26,238 bases of DNA from Pyrobaculum sp. GTDB taxonomy: Archaea > Thermoproteota > Thermoprotei > Thermoproteales > Thermoproteaceae. Below the pieces are notes generated by a model. The model did not search any database. It worked only from the letters and a program-made list of their open reading frames with translations, and was not told where the DNA came from. Both the position numbers and the translations under genes were made by a program. The DNA lies in contig JBKBOT010000005.1 in NCBI GenBank assembly GCA_046293555.1, positions 12,559-38,796 on the forward strand, in the 5' to 3' direction. Shown here piece after piece: positions 1 through 7,481 of this stretch; the stretch's first letter is position 1; every line of letters begins with the position of its first letter.

Positions 1-681
1 ATACTGGCTATGGCTTGGGGGTTTGCCGCAATGCTGTACGTGATATACCTTTTGATATTACGTCTCGGGAGGCCAGAGGCCGTGTTGCCCGGCCTCTTTT
101 TCGGCACGTTGACCGCAGCCCAGTTTATTGCCAACAAGCTTGTTGACTACGGCATCGGCGTGGCGCCTGCAGGCACAGTAATATTTATGACAAATGTTGC
201 CGTGTTAGACGCGTTGGCAATATTCTACGGCAGGGAATTCGCCATGAGGGTCGTGCGGGCGGGCTTTTTCTTCCAGATGGCAGTGGCCTTTGCCGCATGG
301 TCTGCATCTATCCTCCCGCCGCCGGCCTGGTTTGCCGAAAGGGCGGCAGTTGTCAACAGCGTCATAGCCCCCTCCGCCAGGATTGCAACCGCGTCGCTCA
401 TAGCATATATAGTGTCCTCCACGGTGGATGTCTACATTGTGACTAAATGGCCCAAGTTACACATATTGGCGAGAGTATACAGCTCCTCACTCGTCGCTAT
501 GACTATAGACACCGTGTTGTTCATCTCGCTGGCTTTTGGCCCCACGCTAGAGGTGATAACAGGCCAGATATTGGTAAAATGGGCCCAGATACCACTAGAG
601 GCGTTGTTGATATACGGCATGAGGAGATATGTGGGTAACTCACAGCAAGGCCCCTGCCGCCGCCAAAATCCCCACCACTAG
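1..681 (+). CDS. VUT family (YhhQ/COG1738-like) queuosine/archaeosine precursor (preQ0) transporter; possibly 5'-truncated by window edge
   Basis: Hydrophobic multi-TM protein with family motifs 'ANKLV', 'PAGTVIF...D', 'RIATASLIAYIVSSTVDV' and 'SSSLVAMTIDTVLFISLAF'. Frame is open from base 1; first in-window ATG at 10. Confidence 0.85.
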   Translation: MLAMAWGFAAMLYVIYLLILRLGRPEAVLPGLFFGTLTAAQFIANKLVDYGIGVAPAGTVIFMTNVAVLDALAIFYGREFAMRVVRAGFFFQMAVAFAAWSASILPPPAWFAERAAVVNSVIAPSARIATASLIAYIVSSTVDVYIVTKWPKLHILARVYSSSLVAMTIDTVLFISLAFGPTLEVITGQILVKWAQIPLEALLIYGMRRYVGNSQQGPCRRQNPHH

Positions 682-1425
682 GTTTACCAACACGACGTGT
701 TTACTCCTGGCGAATTCGAGCAACGCCCTTATGGTGGCCAGACTTACAACTACCCCCACCGCCGTCGCCAAGAGGGCCTCTGCTGTGGCCACGGCGCCTC
801 TCTCGGCTGAGTAAGCCAATACGGCGGCTCCCAGCCCTGCTATAGGCGCCAGGACAAAAGAGGCCTTGAAGGCCTCGGCGGGGGAGTAGCCAAGGAGGAG
901 GAGTGTGGCAGTAGTGGCGCCAGACCTGCTGACTCCCGGCAGCGCCGACAGGGCTTGCGCCAAGCCTACTAACGCCATGTCTCTTATAGACATGTCGTCA
1001 AACCTCTTAAGCCCCCTGTAAGTCCCGGCCCTCTGAAGTAACAACGCGTTGGCTATAACCATAACGCCGAGGGCTGCCATCAGCAATCTAGCCGTGTTTA
1101 TAGAGAGGGCCTCTCTGGCCAGGAGGTATAGCGGCACGCCGACAGCTCCCGTAACTGCCGTAGTTATGGCCATATATAGTAGCCACCTCCTCCCCTCCAC
1201 GTCGCCTCTAAGCCCCATCAAGGCCTTTAGATACACCCGCCTGTAGTACAGGAGGACAGCTATCACGGAGGCGCTTTCTAAAAACAGCCCGAGGGAGTAG
1301 GCATAAGCCGGATTTACGTCGGCGAGATAGACCGCTGTAAGCATTATCTGCGTCTTACTGCTTATTGGAAACCACTCCGCCACGCCCTGTATTACGCCGA
1401 GTAGTAACGCAAGGGCGAGATCCAT
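640..1425 (-). CDS. uppP: Undecaprenyl/polyprenyl-diphosphate phosphatase (BacA/UppP family)
   Basis: 'LGVIQGVAEWFPISSKT' and 'GLAQALSALPGVSRSGAT' BacA signature motifs; multi-TM. Confidence 0.9.
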   Translation of the reverse strand: MDLALALLLGVIQGVAEWFPISSKTQIMLTAVYLADVNPAYAYSLGLFLESASVIAVLLYYRRVYLKALMGLRGDVEGRRWLLYMAITTAVTGAVGVPLYLLAREALSINTARLLMAALGVMVIANALLLQRAGTYRGLKRFDDMSIRDMALVGLAQALSALPGVSRSGATTATLLLLGYSPAEAFKASFVLAPIAGLGAAVLAYSAERGAVATAEALLATAVGVVVSLATIRALLEFARSKHVVLVNLVVGILAAAGALL

Positions 1426-1461
1426 GGCGTAAATTACATAATCTATTAAACTTAGCCACTT

Positions 1462-1917
1462 GTGTACATAGTGGTGACAAATTGCACCAGGGAAAAGCTA
1501 AGCCGCCCGGCGCCGGCGAGAGAGCTGTATAGAGGCCCCTCTGTGAAAAACGTCGTGAAGGTAGTAGACGAGGTGAGGGCAAGGGGCGTAGATGTACGCC
1601 TATACATAATTTCTGCCAAGTACGGCCTCGTGAGGGAGGATGAAATTTTAGAACCCTACGACGAGACTCTAGGCGGGAGGCCCCTCCCCGAGATAAAGAG
1701 GTGGGCTAGAGAGGTGAGACTTTTAGAAAAGTTTAGAGATCTACGGGGGGTCATCTTTCTGACAGCCTCGAGGAGTTACTACCACGCCGTGGAGGAGGCA
1801 ATCTGCGAGAAGGAGGTATACGTCCTCTCGAGGTTTAGGCCCAGCTGCGGCAAGTGGGTAAAAACGGGGAATTTCGACAAACATAAAGTTTTGAGAAATT
1901 TGTTACAAGGCCTCTAG
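1462..1917 (+). CDS. DUF6884/YaaA-like hypothetical protein
   Basis: 'C-T-x-x-K...PARELYRG' and 'IISAKYGLV...I.PYD.TL' pattern; GTG start with TATTAAA about 18 nt upstream. Confidence 0.6.
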   Translation: MYIVVTNCTREKLSRPAPARELYRGPSVKNVVKVVDEVRARGVDVRLYIISAKYGLVREDEILEPYDETLGGRPLPEIKRWAREVRLLEKFRDLRGVIFLTASRSYYHAVEEAICEKEVYVLSRFRPSCGKWVKTGNFDKHKVLRNLLQGL

Positions 1918-2285
1918 ACGCCAGAAAGCCCACATGAGGACTCTAGCTCCTCCACCTCCCTCTCGTCAAGTCTCTTAATTACGGCAGATCTCCGTAACTC
2001 CACCTGCTTTCTGCAGGGCGTGAGGTTTGTCACCTCAATTATTACTACATGCCGGCTTCTAGCCGCCGTGGGGGGTTCCCCCAGCTTTTGTAACAAGTCG
2101 CCTAAGTTTTCCCTAGGGGCTATGAAGACTATGCCTGCATAAAAACGTCCATAGACTTTACGCCCCGCGGCGAGATATGCCAGCTCTCCAGGCCGTATGT
2201 CAAAAAGGGGCCTTACCAGATGTCGCCTCGCTCCGGACAAAACCTCCCTGACTATTTCTAAGCTGGCCGAAATTAGGTAAGGCAT
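1914..2285 (-). CDS. Hypothetical protein, probable ASCH/PUA-like RNA-binding fold
   Basis: 'IVREVLSGARRHLVR...IRPGELAYL...VYGRFY' resembles the ASCH GxKxxExR pattern. Start set at ATG 2285 to avoid overlap with the upstream gene. Confidence 0.5.
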   Translation of the reverse strand: MPYLISASLEIVREVLSGARRHLVRPLFDIRPGELAYLAAGRKVYGRFYAGIVFIAPRENLGDLLQKLGEPPTAARSRHVVIIEVTNLTPCRKQVELRRSAVIKRLDEREVEELESSCGLSGV

Positions 2286-2302
2286 GGCAGATTGCAAAGT
2301 GG

Positions 2303-2686
2303 TTAGAGGGGCTTGAAAACCATGAGATATAACATGACCACATATATGGCCCCCCACGCGGGCGTTAATTTACCTCCCATATATCTACGTGGGTTGTCTT
2401 TAGCCCTCTCTGTGTTAACTACATGATATACCTCCAAGACCCCTGCCACCAGGGCGACGCCGAGGGCGTAGTGAATCCAGAGGGGGGACTTGGGGAAGTT
2501 ATAAAACAACACGGCTAACGCCAGCCCCGTGGCAAAAAGCGCGACGGCTGAGGCCAGTTGGGTTTTTGCTAGGGCTGTGGGGAGCGGCTGGCCGTTTTTT
2601 CTAGCCACGAGGTAGCCTCCGGTAGATAAGCCGGCCCAACCCACTAGCGACGTTATGTGGAGTGCCAACAGTAGTTCATAAAGCAT
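2303..2686 (-). CDS. Small 4-TM membrane protein (DUF2269/HemJ-CopD-like)
   Basis: Four hydrophobic helices, 'LHITSLVGWAG' in TM1 and C-terminal 'LYLMVFKP'. Confidence 0.55.
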   Translation of the reverse strand: MLYELLLALHITSLVGWAGLSTGGYLVARKNGQPLPTALAKTQLASAVALFATGLALAVLFYNFPKSPLWIHYALGVALVAGVLEVYHVVNTERAKDNPRRYMGGKLTPAWGAIYVVMLYLMVFKPL

Positions 2687-2708
2687 GAACTAGATTCGAG
2701 TTCCATAT

Positions 2709-3602
2709 TTATTCTTCTACGACGTAGTTTCTCAAAACGCCTATGCCTCCAGCCTCTGCCTCTACTACATCTCCTCCTTTTAGAAACTTCCCTTTCGCCA
2801 TGCCGACTCCAGGCGGCGTGCCGGTAAATATCAGGTCGCCGGGCTTTAGAGTTATGCCTTGTGACGCCCAGTGGACTAGCTGCGGTATGTCGAAAATAAG
2901 GTCTCTAGTGTTGCCCTCTTGTTCCACAACGCCGTTTACCCTAAGCCTTAGCGCCACCTGGTGGGGGTCCGGCAGCTCGTCTTTCGTCACTACATATGGC
3001 CCCGTGGGGGCCGCCGTGTCCATAGACTTGGCCCATATCCACTGTGGCCCCAGCGGCGTGGGGCTTTTGGGGAACTGCCAGTCTCTTGTAGATATGTCGT
3101 TTCCCACCATGTAGCCAAATATGTGGCTAAAGGCCTCCTCTGGCTCTATATACTTGCCGGCCTTCCCGATAACCACCACGAGCTCTACCTCCCAATCCAC
3201 CATCTTGGAGACTTTTGGCTTTATTACCCTAGACTCGTGTCCAACAAGGGCGTTGGGGAACTTGGGGAAGAAATAAGGCCTCTCCGGCGGGGGGGTCCCC
3301 GTCTCTTGTGCATGAGCCCTGTAGTTTATAGCTACGGCAAATATCTTCTCTGGGTTGGGGACTGGGGGTTCCCACACAATCTCGCCGGGGGGATAGAGGG
3401 GGCCCTTGGCGTTTTTTATCTTTTCTAAAATCTCTAAGGCGGGTTGCCCCAGGGATATGAGTTTTTTCATGTCGTATAGAAAGTCGGGAGCTGTGTCTGT
3501 ATTAAATATCTTCATGTAGGCCCTCGGGAGGTCTAAAATACGGCCGTCGAGATAAAGCCCAACGCGCGTCACGCCGCCTTTTCTAAATGTTAACAACCTC
3601 AT
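2709..3602 (-). CDS. Fumarylacetoacetate hydrolase family protein
   Basis: 'KIFAVAINYRAHAQE', 'VDWEVEL', 'GNDISTRDWQ', 'AKSMDT', 'LKPGDLIFTGTPPGVG'. Confidence 0.93.
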   Translation of the reverse strand: MRLLTFRKGGVTRVGLYLDGRILDLPRAYMKIFNTDTAPDFLYDMKKLISLGQPALEILEKIKNAKGPLYPPGEIVWEPPVPNPEKIFAVAINYRAHAQETGTPPPERPYFFPKFPNALVGHESRVIKPKVSKMVDWEVELVVVIGKAGKYIEPEEAFSHIFGYMVGNDISTRDWQFPKSPTPLGPQWIWAKSMDTAAPTGPYVVTKDELPDPHQVALRLRVNGVVEQEGNTRDLIFDIPQLVHWASQGITLKPGDLIFTGTPPGVGMAKGKFLKGGDVVEAEAGGIGVLRNYVVEE

Positions 3603-3639
3603 AGAGAGGCCTATATTTCATATATATAAATCCTTTCCG

Positions 3640-3667
3640 ATATCGAAAAATATTTAAGTTTCGATAT
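3640..3667. promoter_or_regulatory. Perfect 9-bp inverted repeat flanking the PadR promoter TATA box; putative autoregulatory operator
   Basis: ATATCGAAA (3640-3648), 10-nt spacer containing TATTTAA (3651-3657), TTTCGATAT (3659-3667). ATG at 3679. Confidence 0.65.
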
Positions 3668-3678
3668 TCTTGAGACAC

Positions 3679-4107
3679 ATGGGTCCACCACCCTGGGCTT
3701 TCCTCGGGAGGCGGGGGCTAAGAGAGGTGGTCCTCTGGCTACTGTCAGAAAGGCCGCTTAACGGGGCTGAGGTGATTAGAGCGGTGGAAGACCTCACCTG
3801 GGGCTTCTGGAGGCCGTCGCCAGGCTCTGTATACCCACTACTACGCCAGCTGGAGACAGGGGGTATGGTTAAAAAGAGGGCAGACGGGCGCTATGAGTTA
3901 ACTGAAGAGGGGAGGGGGGCCTTAAAGCAAATCCCATGGCCGCGGTGGCCTTTTAGATGGGGGCAGCCTAGAACTATAGATGAGGTTTTAGACGAGCTAG
4001 AGAGCTGGGCCCTCTACCTCTCGGACCTGGCGTCTTCCGACCCGGATAGAGTGGCCCCCTATAGGGAGAAAATTAGGCAAATAGGCGAGATCTTACAGAA
4101 GATATGA
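3679..4107 (+). CDS. PadR family transcriptional regulator
   Basis: 'LLSERPLNGAEVIRAVE...WRPSPGSVYPLLRQLE...Y.LTEEG'. ATG 3679 preferred over TTG 3670 because of TATA spacing (leaderless). Confidence 0.9.
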   Translation: MGPPPWAFLGRRGLREVVLWLLSERPLNGAEVIRAVEDLTWGFWRPSPGSVYPLLRQLETGGMVKKRADGRYELTEEGRGALKQIPWPRWPFRWGQPRTIDEVLDELESWALYLSDLASSDPDRVAPYREKIRQIGEILQKI

Positions 4108-4481
4108 CATTAGAGCTACCCCCTAGAGTTAAGGTACTTGAAGCCCTCAGCGCAATTGTCGACAACAGAGTACACGTGATAGCCGACGGGCGTTGTGAGG
4201 TAGTGTCTTCTGAGGGCGATAGGAGATACCACGTGTTTATACAAGGCGCGGAGGCGTATAGTGATGACAACGGCACAGTGTATAGAGGATACGTCGGCTA
4301 TCCCATAGTTGCATGTCTCATGGCTACCGGGAGGCTTCCAGTAGATATAGAGCTAGGGGAGAGGCTAAGGGGAGTCCCCTGGCGGAAGTTAAATCAACAA
4401 TTTAAGAAATATGAAGAGGTAATTAGGTATATCTACGCCGAGAGGAATATAGAGAGACAAAAGGCTGAGCGGTATATATAA
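4104..4481 (+). CDS. Conserved hypothetical protein; C-terminus probably clipped by a frameshift (ancestral end about 4519)
   Basis: ATGA overlap with padR. An out-of-frame tail IMKKLKEMGLRK* (4481-4519) ends in a GTGA overlap with the queE start. Confidence 0.7.
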   Translation: MTLELPPRVKVLEALSAIVDNRVHVIADGRCEVVSSEGDRRYHVFIQGAEAYSDDNGTVYRGYVGYPIVACLMATGRLPVDIELGERLRGVPWRKLNQQFKKYEEVIRYIYAERNIERQKAERYI

Positions 4482-4515
4482 TAATGAAAAAATTAAAAGA
4501 GATGGGGCTTAGAAA

Positions 4516-5138
4516 GTGAGAGTTTTAGAAATCTTCGCCACACTACAGGGAGAGGGAATCAACTTAGGGAAGCCGGCAGTTTTCGTCAGGCTGGCCGGCT
4601 GCCCCATTAGATGTGTCTACTGCGACACAAAACACTCTTGGGACTTCCACGGCGGCGTGGAGATGTCGCCTAGAGAGATCTGGGAGGGGGCAGCCGCCCT
4701 CGGGGCCACGTGGTGATCGCAGGTTGCGAGCCTCTGATATGGGGGGCTGGAGGAAGTTGTATGTATGTTGAAGTCTATCGGCGCTGTGGAGATAGAGACA
4801 AGCGGCGTCTATAGCCCCAGCGAGAGGCTTGACTCCTGTGTGGACCTTTACGACGTCTCCCCAGAGCTATCTAACGCCGGGGTCAAGGCGCCTCTTATTA
4901 CGTCAAGAGCCCAAAGGCCTGGTTTAAGTTTGTAGTAAAAAACCCAGACGATATCAGAGAGGTGATTATATATACGGAAAAAATTGGGATACCTAAAGAA
5001 AGAGTTCTATTAATGCCTATGTCACAAACGATAGAAGAACACACAGAGATTTTAAGAAAGATTTGGGACGTCGCAGTGACGGCGGGACTTAGGGTAACTC
5101 CGAGACTTCACATAGCGGCTGGGCTGTTATCTCGTTAA
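4516..5138 (+). pseudogene. queE: 7-carboxy-7-deazaguanine synthase QueE (radical SAM), frameshifted pseudogene
   Basis: 'EIFATLQGEG...VFVRLAGCPIRCVYCDT' (CxxxCxxC) is followed, in shifted frames, by 'HVVIAGCEPLIW', 'VEIETSG...DVSPELSNAG' and 'WFKFVV...VLLMPM...LRVTPRLHI'. Frame changes near 4704, 4743 and 4896; premature stop at 4714-4716. Confidence 0.9.
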
Positions 5139-5139
5139 C

Positions 5140-5410
5140 ATTAGTTACAGATCTAGAAAACGTTTGACTCTCGACATCTCTAGACGTTTGTTCTTCACGT
5201 CTAGATACTCTGCCTCTCATGAGAGATCCTCCACAGCATATGAAGCCAGACCTAACGTCGCACAGCATATTTAATGGCCTTCGGGATGTTCTTTTGCTAG
5301 AGGCGGGGCTGTGGCTTATAACCCCCAAAGACTCTGAGCCGTTTAGCCCAATGACCTCGCTTCCGAGGCGGCGCCAGGTAGGCAGAAAAAGCCCCGTGAA
5401 AGAAGGTCAT
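5140..5410 (-). pseudogene. Heavily decayed coding remnant, family uncertain (possibly membrane protein)
   Basis: ATG at 5410 with an AT-rich TATA-like element about 25-30 nt upstream. Protein-like fragments in changing frames (FSAYLA; VIGLNG..LGVI; KAIKYAV; EAEYLDVKNKRLEMSRV) are interrupted by stops. Confidence 0.3.
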
Positions 5411-5461
5411 TAACGTCCAGACAGGGTGTGAAAGATAAATAAGTTATGTTAAAATTTAACT

Positions 5462-5599
5462 ATGGTTAAGGAATATGTCAGACGGCTGAGAGATGTTATA
5501 GATCTACTAGAGTCTGCCGTAGAGGAAGGCGACTGTAAGGCCGTGGAAGAGGCTATAGACGAGTTGAGAAATATTGTAGATGAACTCGAAGAGTATTGA
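5462..5599 (+). CDS. 45-aa acidic helical-hairpin small protein (absent from ORF track)
   Basis: MVKEYVRRLRDVIDLLESAVEEGDCKAVEEAIDELRNIVDELEEY*. Purine-rich codons, amphipathic heptad pattern, GAAAGATAAATAA (BRE/TATA) 26 nt upstream, and it fills the gap before dsrE. Confidence 0.75.
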   Translation: MVKEYVRRLRDVIDLLESAVEEGDCKAVEEAIDELRNIVDELEEY

Positions 5600-5634
5600 C
5601 AGTCAAACATTTTTATATGGGCCATATCTTTTTT

Positions 5635-6063
5635 ATGGCGGAGAAGAAAAACAAGCTCTCTATAATTGCGTGGTCTGGTACAGTGGATAAACTATACCCG
5701 GTGGCCATCTTGTCAAGCGCCGCAGCGGCGGCTGGCTGGGACGTAGAGGTGTTCTTCACCTTCTGGGGCCTAAACGCCATTAGAAAAGATGTGTTAAACG
5801 CCCCGCCAAAGATAAGCGGGGACTTTGCCGAATATGCCCCAGCTGTGGCTCAAGCTATCCAACAGATGAACTTCCCGCCGTGGTTTGAGTTATTAAGACA
5901 GGCAAAGGCTATGGGGAACGTGAGAGTATATGCATGTTCTACCACAATGGAGATGTTTGGCATTAAAGACAAGGCGGCTTTGGCAGAATTTGTAGACGAG
6001 GTGGCTGGAGCGGCTACGTTTTTAGAAAGGGCTAAAGACGCCAGTGTAACTCTCTTTATATAA
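5635..6063 (+). CDS. DsrE/DsrF-like (DsrE2-type) sulfur relay family protein
   Basis: 'LSIIAWSGTVDK', 'VEVFFTFWGL', 'VYACSTTMEMFG', 'VAGAATFL'. ATG 5635 preferred over TTG 5596. Confidence 0.85.
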   Translation: MAEKKNKLSIIAWSGTVDKLYPVAILSSAAAAAGWDVEVFFTFWGLNAIRKDVLNAPPKISGDFAEYAPAVAQAIQQMNFPPWFELLRQAKAMGNVRVYACSTTMEMFGIKDKAALAEFVDEVAGAATFLERAKDASVTLFI

Positions 6064-6081
6064 CTAGGTTTTTTTCTCCCT

Positions 6082-6753
6082 GTGAGGCTGCCTGTCTTAA
6101 TTATAAACTTTAAGGCTTATCTCGAGGCCTCCGGCAGGCGGGCGGTGGAGCTGGCAAAGGCGGCGGAGAGAGCTGCTAGAGAGCTGGGGGTAGAAATTGT
6201 GGTGGCTCCTAACCACGTCGACTTGGCTTTAGTGGCCCAGTCTGTCTCCATACCTGTATTTGCGCAGGGAACTGCCGTAGAGAGGGCGGGGGCTTTCACC
6301 GCCCATGTGTCTATAGAGGGGGTAAAAGAGGTGGGGGCCAGCGGGCTTATTTTAAACCACAGCGAGGCGCCGCTCAGGCTAAACGACATGGCGAAATTTG
6401 TGGAGAGAGCCAAATCTCTCGGCCTAGACGTGGTGGCTTGCGCTCCAGATCCACGCACCTCACTAGCCGCGGCGGCCCTCCTGCCGGACGCCGTGGCTGT
6501 AGAGCCTCCGGAGCTCATTGGGACGGGTAGGGCGGTTTCGAAATACAAGCCTGAAGCTATAGTGGAGACAGTGAGACTTGTGGCGTCCCACTTCCCCAAT
6601 GTGGCTGTGATCACTGGCGCCGGCATTGAGAGCGGGGAGGATGTAGAGGCTGCAGTCAAGCTCGGCACAAGAGGCGTCTTGGTGGCCAGCGCCGTGGTTA
6701 AGGCAAAAGACCCCTATCTGAAGATCTTGGAGTTAGCCAGATATCTGAAATAG
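6082..6753 (+). CDS. tpiA: Triosephosphate isomerase (archaeal type)
   Basis: 'IINFKAY', 'LNHSE', '[11 protein letters not shown]', 'GAGI', '[11 protein letters not shown]'. Confidence 0.96.
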   Translation: MRLPVLIINFKAYLEASGRRAVELAKAAERAARELGVEIVVAPNHVDLALVAQSVSIPVFAQGTAVERAGAFTAHVSIEGVKEVGASGLILNHSEAPLRLNDMAKFVERAKSLGLDVVACAPDPRTSLAAAALLPDAVAVEPPELIGTGRAVSKYKPEAIVETVRLVASHFPNVAVITGAGIESGEDVEAAVKLGTRGVLVASAVVKAKDPYLKILELARYLK

Positions 6754-6755
6754 TC

Positions 6756-6806
6756 GCGGCAGGGCCGCCTCACGTGCCTGCCGCCCACGAGCCCCCGAGC
6801 CGGGGG
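6756..6806. other. Two GC-rich hairpins between convergent genes (3'-end structure or small RNA)
   Basis: GCGGCAGG(6756-63)/CCTGCCGC(6777-84) and CCCCCG(6792-97)/CGGGGG(6801-06). Confidence 0.4.
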
Positions 6807-6820
6807 GACGTTATATATTG

Positions 6821-7099
6821 CTACAAGTTTTTTATATATTCAACCCACAGCTCTAGGTCTTTTAAGTCCACATGTCTCTTTCCAGTAGGCTCTTCTATAT
6901 ATGCCTCTACAAGTCTCGCCACGTCTCTCTCAATGACTCCCCTCACTACGAACTGTCTCCTTTCTCCACTTAGCTCTGGGTGTGATGCCGCATCTGCAAG
7001 AGTGGGGGTTGGGAACACCACCTCTACCTCCTTCCCTAAAATCTTCACCTCGTACCCCCCGGCGCTTAGCTTTTTTAGCTTTTCTATAGGGAGTAACAT
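6821..7099 (-). CDS. Hypothetical protein (92 aa)
   Basis: Clean ORF with typical E/K/V-rich composition; ATG 7099 with a TATA-like element about 20-25 nt upstream. Confidence 0.75.
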   Translation of the reverse strand: MLLPIEKLKKLSAGGYEVKILGKEVEVVFPTPTLADAASHPELSGERRQFVVRGVIERDVARLVEAYIEEPTGKRHVDLKDLELWVEYIKNL

Positions 7100-7127
7100 C
7101 AAAAATTATATATCATTTTTATATTTC

Positions 7128-7481
7128 ATGCTTCCACCAGCTGTATTAAGGCAGCTGTATGTACAAGGCAGCCTGGCCAACACCCCCGACGGCGTCGTGT
7201 TTAAGTTGAAAAACTCTCTAGCTCCAGCCACGGTGGTGGGGCTAGAGGTGGTAGTAGATGGGGCCAAGGTCCCCGAGGACAAGATTTATGTGGTGATGGG
7301 GGGCCAGAAGAGGGGGGCCGCCGAGCTGGCTGCAGCCGGCCAGAAATTCGCCGTTAGAGATGAGGCCACGGTGCTCCTCCACGGCGTGTCGCTACAGCCG
7401 GGGGCGCACAAGATAGAAATAAAGGCTAAGACAAGAGAGTGGGGAGAGCTCTCGTTTGACGTCACCGACACGGTGGAATAG
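7128..7481 (+). CDS. Hypothetical beta-rich protein (117 aa)
   Basis: MLPPAVLRQLYVQGSLANTPDGVVFKLKN... alternating beta-strand pattern. The real start is ATG 7128; the track's extension to 6774 overlaps the opposite-strand gene. Confidence 0.75.
   Translation: MLPPAVLRQLYVQGSLANTPDGVVFKLKNSLAPATVVGLEVVVDGAKVPEDKIYVVMGGQKRGAAELAAAGQKFAVRDEATVLLHGVSLQPGAHKIEIKAKTREWGELSFDVTDTVE

Noticed and set aside
4260-4320. GTGATGA C-box-like motif
   Set aside because: Encodes SDDNG inside a CDS; no D box at the proper distance.
5089-5413. Track ORFs 5089..5328(-) and 5219..5413(+)
   Set aside because: Atypical composition, overlap with the queE remnant and no motifs; better explained as pseudogene debris.
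6774-7127. N-terminal extension of track ORF 6774..7481
   Set aside because: Antisense shadow of the 6821-7099 gene; the real start is ATG 7128 with a TATA upstream.
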